From: an uncultured Candidatus Saccharibacteria bacterium
GTDB taxonomy: Bacteria; Patescibacteriota; Minisyncoccia; UBA11713; 2-01-FULL-45-33
Length of the DNA: 64,000 nucleotides
NCBI GenBank assembly: GCA_964464405.1
Contig: CAYXFX010000003.1
Coordinates: 6,410-70,409, forward strand
Direction: 5' to 3'
Shown: in pieces, positions 47,534-56,547 of the stretch
How positions within the stretch are numbered: the first letter of the stretch is position 1
Layout: every line of letters starts with the position of its first letter
Notes under the pieces: generated by a model
Told to the model about the DNA's origin: nothing
The model's input: only the letters and a program-made list of their open reading frames with translations
Database searches by the model: none
Position numbers and translations under genes: made by a program

Positions 47534-48556
47534 TTATATCAACTTTTGTTGATTGGGAGCAGTAAGCCCTAAATGTTCATAAGCGCGGGCGGTTGCGATG
47601 CGGCCGCGGGGAGTGCGGTCCAAAAATCCTAATTGCATGAGAAAGGGTTCATAAACTTCTTCTATTGTGTCTTCTTCTTCCATGATGGAAGCCGCGATTG
47701 TTTGAATACCTACAGGACCGCCGGAAAAATTTTTAATTATTATTTCTAAAATTTTTCTATCCAAAGCCTCAAGCCCCAATTTATCAATTTCTAAAAGATC
47801 CAGCGCATCACTTGCGAACGCCGTAGTAATTACGTTAAATCCTTTTACTTCAGCGAAGTCTCTAGCGCGCTTTAATAATCTATTCGCTATTCTCGGGGTC
47901 CGGCGTGCGCGCGACGCAATTATGGGAATCGCATCTTTTTCTATGTTGATTCCCAAAATTTTTGCGCTGCGCTCAATTATTCGCTCAATATCGCTTTGGG
48001 AATAGTAATCTAGCCGGAAAGTTCCTCCGGAAAATCTTGATCTGAAAGGAGAAGAAAGAAGCGCAAGCCTGGTTGTTGCCGAAACTATGGTAAAGGAAGG
48101 AAGTTCCAATTGTATCACTCTGGCTGAAGGCCCCTTTCCGATGATAATATCGAGAGAACGATTTTCCATTGCGGGATAAAGCACTTCCTCGATCACCTTA
48201 TTTAATCGGTGCACTTCATCGATAAATAAAATATCTCCCGGAGAAAGATTGGTAAGAATCGATGCAAGATCTCCCACCTTTTCAATTGCCGGCCCGGATG
48301 TTATTTTAATCTGGGCGTTAGTTTCTTTGGCAATAATATGCGCAAGTGTGGTTTTGCCTAAACCAGCTGGGCCGCATAAAAGCAAATGTTCAATTGGTTC
48401 TTTTCTTTTCTTTGCGGCCTCTATTAGTATGCGCAGATTCTTTTTTATATTTTCTTGGCCGATGTACTCATTAAAAGATTGCGGGCGCAAAGCTAAATCG
48501 AGCGATTTATCTTCACTTCTTTTTTTAGGAGCAAGATTCATATTTCTTTCATCCAT
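47534..48556 (-). CDS. ruvB: Holliday junction branch migration helicase
   Basis: LRPQSFNEYIGQ, GPAGLGKTT, FIDEVHRL, TPRIANRLL. Confidence 0.97.
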   Translation of the reverse strand: MDERNMNLAPKKRSEDKSLDLALRPQSFNEYIGQENIKKNLRILIEAAKKRKEPIEHLLLCGPAGLGKTTLAHIIAKETNAQIKITSGPAIEKVGDLASILTNLSPGDILFIDEVHRLNKVIEEVLYPAMENRSLDIIIGKGPSARVIQLELPSFTIVSATTRLALLSSPFRSRFSGGTFRLDYYSQSDIERIIERSAKILGINIEKDAIPIIASRARRTPRIANRLLKRARDFAEVKGFNVITTAFASDALDLLEIDKLGLEALDRKILEIIIKNFSGGPVGIQTIAASIMEEEDTIEEVYEPFLMQLGFLDRTPRGRIATARAYEHLGLTAPNQQKLI

Positions 48557-48566
48557 TTGACATCTG

Positions 48567-48595
48567 TTGACATTATAATAATAATTTGATATAAT
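48567..48595 (+). promoter_or_regulatory. Perfect sigma70 promoter with extended -10
   Basis: TTGACA-17-TATAAT with TG one base upstream of the -10 box. Confidence 0.75.
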
Positions 48596-48607
48596 TCAGA
48601 AAAATAA

Positions 48608-48780
48608 TTCTGAAGAGTAGCCTCTAGGCGATAATCCCGGATACCGGGATAGCTGGTTTTATCTTAGCCTCGGATAGCTTGGTTTTCCCGCTTGCGGGAA
48701 GCTACTCGGCTAATCCTCGGAGAAAATCTAAGCTCTATCTACCCATGGAAGAGCAATCGCCTGGAGACTACTCGGCAGAA
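48608..48780 (+). ncRNA. Candidate 6S-like RNA
   Basis: ~175 nt; closing stem TTCTG..GAGTAG.CTCTAGGCGAT / ATCGCCTGGAG.CTACTC..CAGAA, central bubble, long apical stem. Confidence 0.6.
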
Positions 48781-48785
48781 AACAA

Positions 48786-50459
48786 CTAAACCGAAACGAC
48801 TCTATTTAATTCTTCAAAGGACGTAATTCCGCCCAAAACTTTTAATATTCCGTCTTGATATAAAGTTAACATCTGCTGCATGCGCGCCATTTCGTTAATA
48901 TCAGCTTCGGCTGGGTTTTTAAGAATTAGGCGTTCAACTTTATCGTCGATTAAAAAGAGTTCAAAAATTCCAATTCTTCCTTTAAATCCCGTGAAATTAC
49001 ACGCCTCGCATTCTCCACTACTCCATAACTTAAATTTTTTTGTGACGATGTTTTTTTTAAATTTTTCGGGAATATTTTTTAGTATTTTTTCTATCTGCTC
49101 GCGCTCTTTTTCATCCGGCTCGTATTCTTTTTTACAATTTTTACAAAGTCTTCTGACTAGTCTTTGCGCAATTACAGAATTAATGGCCGGAGCGATAATG
49201 TTTGTTTTTACTCCCAAGTCAATTAATCTTGGAATGGTTCCGGCGGCGTTGTTGGTGTGCAGAGTTGAGAATACAAGGTGTCCGGTGAGTGCTGCGTGCA
49301 TTGCTGTTTCAGCGGTTTCAAGGTCTCTTATCTCGCCTACTAAAATTATGTCTGGATCTTGGCGTAAAATTGATTTTAAGCCGTTAGAAAAATCATATGT
49401 TTTAGATTGGTCTACTTGTGTCTGAGTTACATAAGGAAGGTGATATTCAATCGGGTCTTCGATTGTTACTACCTTTACTTCAACGGACGCAACTTTTTTT
49501 AAAAAAGCATAAAGAGTCGTTGTTTTTCCGGATCCTGTAGGGCCAGTTGTTAAAATCATTCCGTTGGGCCGCGAAAGCTCCTTTTCGATTGTTTCTTTTA
49601 ATTCGTGATGAATGCCTAAATTTTCAAATGTTATTGCGATTGTTTTTGGGAGCAGAATTCTTGTCACTACGGATTCTCCGTAGGGGCCAGGGAGAATCGA
49701 GGTTCTTACTTCTATATCTTCCGTGTTAATTCTTATTGTAAATCTTCCGTCCTGGGGGCGGTCATGAACATTTAATTTGACTTCGGAGACAAGTTTTATG
49801 CGCGAAAGAATCAGTAAAAAAAGCTCTTTTGAAATATCCGATATTTCCTGCAGAACTCCGTCAATTCTGAACCTTATTTTTGCGCCGTCTTCTACGGGTT
49901 CCAAATGTATATCCGAAGCTTCTGCTTCGAGTGCGCCAGCCAAAAGTAATTCCAAAGATTCAGATGCCTTCCTCGATACTTTATCTTGAGATAAAGCTCG
50001 CATCTCTTCTTTAAAAGCTTTTAATGATTTTATTTTTTGCCCGAATGTTTCGATTTTGGATTGATTGATGTTTACAAGTCCAGATTTAATTTCTTCAAAG
50101 CGCGGTATTTCTTTGTATTTTATAAAAGCGCGTTCAATACTGGTTGGAGAAACAAGAAAAAGCTGGATTTCGTAATTTTTCCTTTTAAGATTATCTAAAA
50201 TTTCAGAAACTTCAGGTCTGTCCGGGTTTGTAACTGCGATTTGTAATTTTTTACCAACACTTTGTATCACTGCCAAAGATGCAGATTTAGCTTCTTGCTC
50301 CGGAATTATTTTTAGGGAGTCAATGTCAATGGTCATTAAAGAAAGGTCTAAATATTGAAGGCCGTGCTTTTGGGCCAACGTCTGCGCAAGCTCTTCTTCT
50401 TCTTTTTTTCTTAAGAAGTCAATTGTGCTTCGGGTTTTACTGTTCTCCCCTTGTTTCAT
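48786..50459 (-). CDS. pilB: Type IV pilus assembly ATPase (PilB/GspE)
   Basis: ASDIHLEP, PQDGRF, GPTGSGKTT, LRQDPD, GHLVFSTLH, tetracysteine motif. Confidence 0.9.
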   Translation of the reverse strand: MKQGENSKTRSTIDFLRKKEEEELAQTLAQKHGLQYLDLSLMTIDIDSLKIIPEQEAKSASLAVIQSVGKKLQIAVTNPDRPEVSEILDNLKRKNYEIQLFLVSPTSIERAFIKYKEIPRFEEIKSGLVNINQSKIETFGQKIKSLKAFKEEMRALSQDKVSRKASESLELLLAGALEAEASDIHLEPVEDGAKIRFRIDGVLQEISDISKELFLLILSRIKLVSEVKLNVHDRPQDGRFTIRINTEDIEVRTSILPGPYGESVVTRILLPKTIAITFENLGIHHELKETIEKELSRPNGMILTTGPTGSGKTTTLYAFLKKVASVEVKVVTIEDPIEYHLPYVTQTQVDQSKTYDFSNGLKSILRQDPDIILVGEIRDLETAETAMHAALTGHLVFSTLHTNNAAGTIPRLIDLGVKTNIIAPAINSVIAQRLVRRLCKNCKKEYEPDEKEREQIEKILKNIPEKFKKNIVTKKFKLWSSGECEACNFTGFKGRIGIFELFLIDDKVERLILKNPAEADINEMARMQQMLTLYQDGILKVLGGITSFEELNRVVSV

Positions 50460-50501
50460 TCTTTTATTTTAGCTCTTTACAGGAAGTTCTACAAAGAAAA
50501 A

Positions 50502-51587
50502 TTATTGTAAAAGAACTTTCTTTAAAACGGATCTAATTTTAAGCTCGGCTTCCGAAAAAGTTTTAAATCCGTTTACAAAAATATAGGCGGAAGCGATTTC
50601 TGCTCCCAAAAGCTCGGCCGCGCGCTCTGTTGAGGAACGGTTTTTTGACGAAATAATGGCCGAAATTTCTTCCGGTTTTTTTTCAACCAAAAAAGCGGTA
50701 AATTCTCTCTGTGGTTTAATGTTTTCAAGTTCGCGAAGAAGCAAAAAAGAAGAGTTATCCGCGGTTTCATTTGAGGACTCAAAGTCTTTTTTAGATAAAA
50801 ATGACCAAAATGTTTTTAATTCCGGCTCAAATTCGCTGCGTAAAAGCGCGCGTCCAAGCAATTTTTCAAACAACAATCCTTTCAGTGTTTCAAAAGCACC
50901 ATTGATTTTTTGTTGGTCCGCGCCAAGTTTTAACAGGTTTGTTTTTATAACGGACAGTTCCTCATTTGTTTCTCCTAACTTTTTTTCTTCCAAGGAAAAA
51001 AGCGCCCAAAACGGGGTTGCGAATTCATCAGGTATTTTGCCGAAAAAAGTTACAACCATGTCGTATGTTTTTAAAGCGATTCCATTCGGCCGGTCGGAGA
51101 ACCGCACCACATCTTTGTGCGGTGTTTCGGCTAAAATTTCATCCGTTTCCTTTTCGGGAGTATCAACGAGCATCAAAAGATCAACTGCCGCTTTTTCTTT
51201 TACAATTTCTATATTTTCTGTCTTTATTTCGCCGTTTCCGCGCAAAATGAGCTTTAAAATATCGCCCTCCTTTTCATATTTTAACTCTTCGACCGGCAAA
51301 TTTTTGGTATCGAGTTTAATCAAGACGTTTTCGGGGAGTTTTGTGTTTTCTTCTTTAAAAAACACTTTCAAAAAATCAGAAATTTTTGTATTTCCGTCAA
51401 ATTCGAGGTTTGATTTTTTCCCGAGCTTTAAAAAAGAAGCATGCAAAATTTTTGCGACAAGAGTTTTTCCGATATCGTGGTTTTCCCCGATTCTTATCGC
51501 AATGGTTTCGGTTTCGTCCAAAGTATTTTTAAATTTTTGCATTGCTTCGATCATAAATTTATCATTTGGTACATATATTCGTAGCAC
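50502..51587 (-). CDS. Hypothetical protein, possibly a degenerate DHH-family fold
   Basis: 361 aa; ELKYEKEGDILKL, LLKLGAD and KLLGRAL resemble DHH-like proteins, but no DHH motif is present. Confidence 0.55.
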   Translation of the reverse strand: MLRIYVPNDKFMIEAMQKFKNTLDETETIAIRIGENHDIGKTLVAKILHASFLKLGKKSNLEFDGNTKISDFLKVFFKEENTKLPENVLIKLDTKNLPVEELKYEKEGDILKLILRGNGEIKTENIEIVKEKAAVDLLMLVDTPEKETDEILAETPHKDVVRFSDRPNGIALKTYDMVVTFFGKIPDEFATPFWALFSLEEKKLGETNEELSVIKTNLLKLGADQQKINGAFETLKGLLFEKLLGRALLRSEFEPELKTFWSFLSKKDFESSNETADNSSFLLLRELENIKPQREFTAFLVEKKPEEISAIISSKNRSSTERAAELLGAEIASAYIFVNGFKTFSEAELKIRSVLKKVLLQ

Positions 51588-51745
51588 ATAGGTCGATTTT
51601 TATACAATGATGCCCGAAATGTGGATAAGTCTCGTGAAAATTTCTCGGGAGAAAAAGGTTGACTTTTCTTCGTTTTGGGTGTAGAATAAAAGGAGGTTAA
51701 CAATGTCAAAAAAACAAGGCAAAAAAGGAAGGAAAGGAGAAGAAG

Positions 51746-52654
51746 ATGAAAATTAAATCGTTTTTGTTGCTGTGTTTGACTGTTTGGTTTTTTCCGTTCG
51801 GACCGGAGCTGGTCGAGGCGGATGGAGCGAGGTTTTTTAATCAGTCTCGAGTAGTTTCAAATGGGCCTCCGAGCCCACAGACTCCACCGCAGGATTTTCC
51901 GCGGATGGATTCGACGGGACGAGGTTGTTTTATCGCCCGTGACTGCGGGCGGTTGTATGGTTTTGAGGAAATTCCAACACCGGGCGGAGGGGTTGATGTG
52001 CGTCCACCTCCCTCCCTTTACGGGAGACCGCCGACGGTTTATGAAACCGGAAGCTACTCTTACTCCTCCGGCGGATCTTACTATACCGGAGGTAGTGGTG
52101 GAGGTTTCCCGGTTGTCGTTGTTGGCGACTTTTTGGGCATCGGCAGCTTTTTCCGGGCTGTTGGATGTATTTTCGGCTGCGGCCAAAACGTAGTAGCCGG
52201 ACAACCACCCCCGGAAGTCCGGGAACGGATTATTGAACGGGTGGTTGAGCGGGAGTCGGAAAGGCGTGTTGAGCCACCACCAGCTGTTCAGCCGCCCCCT
52301 CCAGTATCGGTTCCCGCGTTGTCGCAAGTCGAAGCACGAAGGCCGACTGCTTCGTTGGTTGCACCAGATGGTGCAAGCGATGATGTATTTAACTCCGTTC
52401 GGTCGCGCCTTTCATCAAAGTACGATTTTGATGAAGGGCGTGTGGTGGATTTCCGATTCACTTTGAAAGAAAAAAAGGTCGGTGATCCAACGCTCGTGAT
52501 CGATGTCAGTCGGTTAGAGCTCGGGACCGGCAGAGAGGTGACTGGTCGCGGCATCGCGCAATATAGAGCGCGAAAGGATGTGGTCGATCAGGCGTCGCTT
52601 CTTAGGGCAATTGAAATGGCGTCCGAAGTGGCCACAAAAAATTTCTTGCAATAA
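51746..52654 (+). CDS. Secreted Pro/Gly-rich hypothetical protein
   Basis: Signal peptide; own promoter TTGACT-17-TAGAAT (51659-51687), SD and terminator GGGACA/TGTCCC-T. Confidence 0.7.
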   Translation: MKIKSFLLLCLTVWFFPFGPELVEADGARFFNQSRVVSNGPPSPQTPPQDFPRMDSTGRGCFIARDCGRLYGFEEIPTPGGGVDVRPPPSLYGRPPTVYETGSYSYSSGGSYYTGGSGGGFPVVVVGDFLGIGSFFRAVGCIFGCGQNVVAGQPPPEVRERIIERVVERESERRVEPPPAVQPPPPVSVPALSQVEARRPTASLVAPDGASDDVFNSVRSRLSSKYDFDEGRVVDFRFTLKEKKVGDPTLVIDVSRLELGTGREVTGRGIAQYRARKDVVDQASLLRAIEMASEVATKNFLQ

Positions 52655-52748
52655 TTTCAGTTTTTAGGGACATCCAGCGCGGTGTCCCTTTCTTTTTTTA
52701 ACCCATTCTTTTTACCCACTTTATTATTTTTTTATTCACATTTTTTCA

Positions 52749-52786
52749 ATGTTCGAAATAAAAGCGATCGCCTTTATTTTTGACAT
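52749..52786. repeat. Family A 38-bp palindrome, 5' flank
   Basis: ATGTTCGAAATAAAAGCGATCGCCTTTATTTTTGACAT. Confidence 0.9.
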
Positions 52787-52814
52787 AAGATTTTTGGGTT
52801 GATAAAGTTAAGTA

Positions 52815-53366
52815 ATGGCTAGATATAGCATAGTAAAAGAAAAAATTTTATTACTTTTGTTGGGAGGAGCAGCTTTACTGTTGGCATATAACCCCAAAAA
52901 ACAACTTAGAGTAATCGAACAAATTTCTAAAGAGTGGAAAAAAATTAACAGAAGAAAACTTTATTACTTTATAAATCAATTTAAATATGAAAGGCTTGTA
53001 GATTTTAGAGAAAACAAAGACGGAACAATAAAAATGGTTTTAAACGATGATGGCAAAAAAAGGGCCTTAGTTTATAGCTTAGATCAGTTGGAACTTAAAA
53101 AAGAACGGGTTTGGGATAAAAAGTGGCGCATTGTAATATTTGATATACCCGAAAAGAAAAAAAGAGGCAGAGAAGCACTAAGGTTGAAACTGAAGGAGTT
53201 GGGGTTTAAGGAATTACAGAAAAGTATTTTTGCTTTTCCATATAAATGTAAGGATGAAATAGATTTTGTAGTCGAAGTGTTTGAGTTGAGGCAATACGTG
53301 AGGTTTATTGAAACTTCAAATCTTTTCCACGACGCAGATTTAAGACTTCATTTCAATCTTGTCTAA
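52815..53366 (+). CDS. PaaX-like protein: winged helix plus Cas2/VapD-like domain
   Basis: LNDDG wing followed by WDKKWRIVIFDIPE....REALRLKLKELGF..LQKSIF. Confidence 0.82.
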   Translation: MARYSIVKEKILLLLLGGAALLLAYNPKKQLRVIEQISKEWKKINRRKLYYFINQFKYERLVDFRENKDGTIKMVLNDDGKKRALVYSLDQLELKKERVWDKKWRIVIFDIPEKKKRGREALRLKLKELGFKELQKSIFAFPYKCKDEIDFVVEVFELRQYVRFIETSNLFHDADLRLHFNLV

Positions 53367-53396
53367 AATAAAAGCGATCGCATTTATTTTGGACAT
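53359..53396. repeat. Family A 38-bp palindrome, 3' flank, supplying the stop codon
   Basis: TTGTCTAAAATAAAAGCGATCGCATTTATTTTGGACAT. Confidence 0.9.
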
Positions 53397-53449
53397 CAAC
53401 AAAAGTTTCTTAAAATATAAAAAGTATAATTTGTAAAAAATATAAGAAA

Positions 53450-53932
53450 ATGAAAATTACGACAAAAAGTGGTAAAGAAACAAAAAAATTTGGCGCAAAA
53501 ATTGCAAAAGAAATTTTAAAAGAAAAAAAATGGGGGAAAGCTGTTGTTGTAAGTTTGGAGGGTGATCTTGGCGCTGGCAAAACAACCTTTACACAGGGAT
53601 TTGCAGAGGGTTTGGGTATCCACGAAAAAATCCAAAGCCCGACTTTTGTGATTTTAAAAGTGTATTCAATTACCCCTCCCAGCCCTCCCCTTGTAAAGGG
53701 GAGGAGTTCCAAAAAAATCGGGAGGTTTTCAAAATTAATCCATGTCGACGCTTACCGCTTGCGATCAAAAGATTTTAAAGCGCTTAATTGGGAAGATTTT
53801 ATTCGCGATGAAAAAAATATAATTTTAGTCGAGTGGGGAAATAAAATAAAAAAAATCTTACCGAAAAATTCGATAAGAATAAAATTCGAACACGGAAAAA
53901 ATTTTAACCAGCGCATGATAAAAATCATTTAA
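53450..53932 (+). CDS. tsaE: tRNA threonylcarbamoyladenosine biosynthesis ATPase
   Basis: LEGDLGAGKTTF, SPTF, HVDAYRL, VEW. Confidence 0.95.
   Translation: MKITTKSGKETKKFGAKIAKEILKEKKWGKAVVVSLEGDLGAGKTTFTQGFAEGLGIHEKIQSPTFVILKVYSITPPSPPLVKGRSSKKIGRFSKLIHVDAYRLRSKDFKALNWEDFIRDEKNIILVEWGNKIKKILPKNSIRIKFEHGKNFNQRMIKII
53672..53706. repeat. Family B palindrome in frame inside tsaE
   Basis: ACCCCTCCCAGCCCTCCCCTTGTAAAGGGGAGGAG encodes TPPSPPLVKGRS. Confidence 0.8.
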
Positions 53933-53949
53933 TAAGTTAAAATATAAGT

Positions 53950-56547
53950 ATGAAAACACTTGTTTTACTTGATGCACATGCGCTGATTCACAGAGCTTAC
54001 CACGCGCTGCCGAAGTTTACTTCCAAAAAAACAGGAGAGCCGACAGGGGCGCTTTATGGGCTTTCTTCTATGCTTTTAAGGGCTCTAAAAGATTTAAAGC
54101 CGGATTATATCGTGGCGGCTTTCGATAGGCCTGAACAGACTTTTAGGCACGCCGCGTATGAGCAATATAAAGCAAAGCGGCCTGATGCCGACGACGAATT
54201 AATTCAACAACTAATAAGATCGCTCTATGTTGTCGAAGCATTTGGTATTCCGATTTTCAGCGCCGCAGGTTTTGAAGCTGATGATGTTCTAGGGACAATA
54301 GTAGAACAAGTAAAAAAAACAAAAGATTTAAAAATCATTATTGTTTCAGGAGATATGGACGTTCTTCAGCTTGTAGAAAACGACAGGGTTGTTGTTTTTA
54401 CAATGAGAAAAGGTATAGACGATGTGGTGATTTATAACGAAGAAAAAGTAAAAGAAAGATTTGGTTTTACTCCGGAATTGCTGCCCGATTTTAAAGGATT
54501 AAAAGGAGATCCGTCCGATAATATTACGGGAGTGAAAGGAATAGGCGAAAAAACCGCGACGGATCTCATAAAAAATTTTGGGACACTCGAGAGTTTGTAT
54601 CAAAAAATAGACAAAAAGAGCGATATTAAAGACGGAATGATAAAAGAAAGAATTTTAGAGTTGTTAAAAACTCATAAAGAAAATGCTTTTTTTTCAAAAA
54701 CTTTGGCAACAATAAGGCGCGACGTTCCGATTAAGTTTATGATTCCCGAAGAAACATTTCAAATTAATAAAGAAAACTTAAGAAAAATTTTTGACGAGCT
54801 TGGTTTTGACAGTTTGGTAAAAAGAATTTCATCAGAAAACAGCGATGTGTTGATGGCGTCCGCGCCCGTTTCTGAGAAGTTGCGGGCCGATTCTTCAGCC
54901 GGCACACTTCCATTTAATTTCGGAATAAAAGAAATAAAAAGCGTGGAAGACGATAAAAACTTTTGGGTGAGCATAAAAAAGTCCAACGAATTATTTTTTC
55001 TTTTTCAAAACAGTAATTATTTAATTTCGGACAAGTCCGAATCCTGGTCGTTTAGAGAAGAATTTTTTAAAAAAGCAAAAAAAGAGTGGGCGGAGGTTTT
55101 TCAAGAAAAAATTATAGTTTCTGAAGATTTTAAAAAGTTATCTAAATCGCTCTTGAAATTTTCAATCGCACTTCCTAAAATTTTTTTTGACGTCTCGGTG
55201 TCTTCATGGGTTGCTGAAAGTAATTTTAAAAAAACCACTATCGAAAATCTAGACCAACTTATTTCTTTATATCAAAAATTGCTTTTGGAAATTAAAGAAA
55301 AAAAACTCGAACGCGTGCTATATGAAATAGAATTTCCAATCATTCCGATTCTTGCGCAGATGGAGACGCGCGGAATAGGAATTGATAAAAAATTTCTATT
55401 AAAATATAAAAAAGAAATTTCGAAGCGCATTTCGGAGTTTGAAAAAGAGATTTATAAAATCGCTGGCTGTACTTTTAATATAAATTCTTCGGCGCAAGTC
55501 AGCGAGGTTGTTTTTAAAAAATTAAACATAAAAGGGCGCGGAAAAACCAAAACAGGCCGGTTTTCCACGCGCGAATCGGAACTTGTCAAATTAAAAAATG
55601 AATCTCCCATCGCTGCTTTAATACTTGAGTACCGCGAAATGGCAAAGCTTCTGACTACTTATGTAAATCCGTTTTTGGAGCTTTCCAAAATAAGTTCTAA
55701 AGTTCACACAACTTTTAATCAAACTGGAACTGTTACTGGGCGCCTTTCTTCGGATTCTCCGAATTTGCAAAATATTCCTTTTAGAAGCGAGTTTGGCGCA
55801 CGGATAAGAAATGCGTTTATCGTTTCCTCGGGGTTTACTTTTGTTTCTTTTGATTACTCCCAAATCGAGCTTAAAATTTTGGCGGCGCTTTCGAAAGACA
55901 AAAAAATGATAGAAGCGTTTCAAAATGATGTTGATATCCACCGTTTTACAGCCGCGAACATTTATAATGTTCCATTGGAAAATGTGACACAACTTATGAG
56001 AAACCGCGCGAAAGTTATAAACTTCGGGATTATTTACGGAATGGGAGTAAGGAAGCTCGCCGAAAACACCGGAATGAGCAGCGAAAATGCACAAAAATTT
56101 TATAAAGAATATTTTGAGACATTTCCGCAAATTAAGGGGTATATGGATCGGATAAAAAATGATGTTAAAAAATTAGGATATGTCGAAACTTTTTTCGGAA
56201 GGCGCAGATATTTTAATTTAAGCGAAATAAGGAACAGATTTTATGAGTCTGAAATGGAAAGAATGGCGGCAAACGCCGTTATTCAGGGAACCGACGCAGA
56301 TATTGTTAAATTAGCAATGTCTAAAGTTTATAAAGCATTTTCCGGGCAGGAAGCTTATTTATTGCTTCAAATACATGATGAATTGTTGTACGAAATTAGA
56401 GATGATATAATAAAAACAGTTGTTCCAAAAATAAAGCAGATAATGGAGTCAATTTGTGACTCGCCTAATATAAAGGAGCGTTTTTTAGTTCCATTGTCGG
56501 TGGACGTTAAAATAGGAAAACGCTGGGGTTCATTAAAAAAAATATGA
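53950..56547 (+). CDS. polA: DNA polymerase I
   Basis: 5'-3' exonuclease (EADD, GDPSDN), TGRLSS, DYSQIEL, NFGIIYG, QIHDEL. Confidence 0.97.
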   Translation: MKTLVLLDAHALIHRAYHALPKFTSKKTGEPTGALYGLSSMLLRALKDLKPDYIVAAFDRPEQTFRHAAYEQYKAKRPDADDELIQQLIRSLYVVEAFGIPIFSAAGFEADDVLGTIVEQVKKTKDLKIIIVSGDMDVLQLVENDRVVVFTMRKGIDDVVIYNEEKVKERFGFTPELLPDFKGLKGDPSDNITGVKGIGEKTATDLIKNFGTLESLYQKIDKKSDIKDGMIKERILELLKTHKENAFFSKTLATIRRDVPIKFMIPEETFQINKENLRKIFDELGFDSLVKRISSENSDVLMASAPVSEKLRADSSAGTLPFNFGIKEIKSVEDDKNFWVSIKKSNELFFLFQNSNYLISDKSESWSFREEFFKKAKKEWAEVFQEKIIVSEDFKKLSKSLLKFSIALPKIFFDVSVSSWVAESNFKKTTIENLDQLISLYQKLLLEIKEKKLERVLYEIEFPIIPILAQMETRGIGIDKKFLLKYKKEISKRISEFEKEIYKIAGCTFNINSSAQVSEVVFKKLNIKGRGKTKTGRFSTRESELVKLKNESPIAALILEYREMAKLLTTYVNPFLELSKISSKVHTTFNQTGTVTGRLSSDSPNLQNIPFRSEFGARIRNAFIVSSGFTFVSFDYSQIELKILAALSKDKKMIEAFQNDVDIHRFTAANIYNVPLENVTQLMRNRAKVINFGIIYGMGVRKLAENTGMSSENAQKFYKEYFETFPQIKGYMDRIKNDVKKLGYVETFFGRRRYFNLSEIRNRFYESEMERMAANAVIQGTDADIVKLAMSKVYKAFSGQEAYLLLQIHDELLYEIRDDIIKTVVPKIKQIMESICDSPNIKERFLVPLSVDVKIGKRWGSLKKI

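Noticed and set aside
50656-51591. 311-aa + strand ORF and the many other antisense ORFs in the track
   Set aside because: These are shadow frames of well-supported opposite-strand genes, with Ser/Phe/Ile-rich antisense composition.
52749-53396. CRISPR-Cas locus (Cas2-like gene plus 38-bp repeats)
   Set aside because: There are only two local repeats, separated by a whole gene, with no spacer-sized intervals and no cas1 or effector gene.
54851-54910. GC-rich insert in the polA linker (similar patch in holA near 62950-63020)
   Set aside because: It may be repeat-derived, but I could not match it to any other copy in the window.
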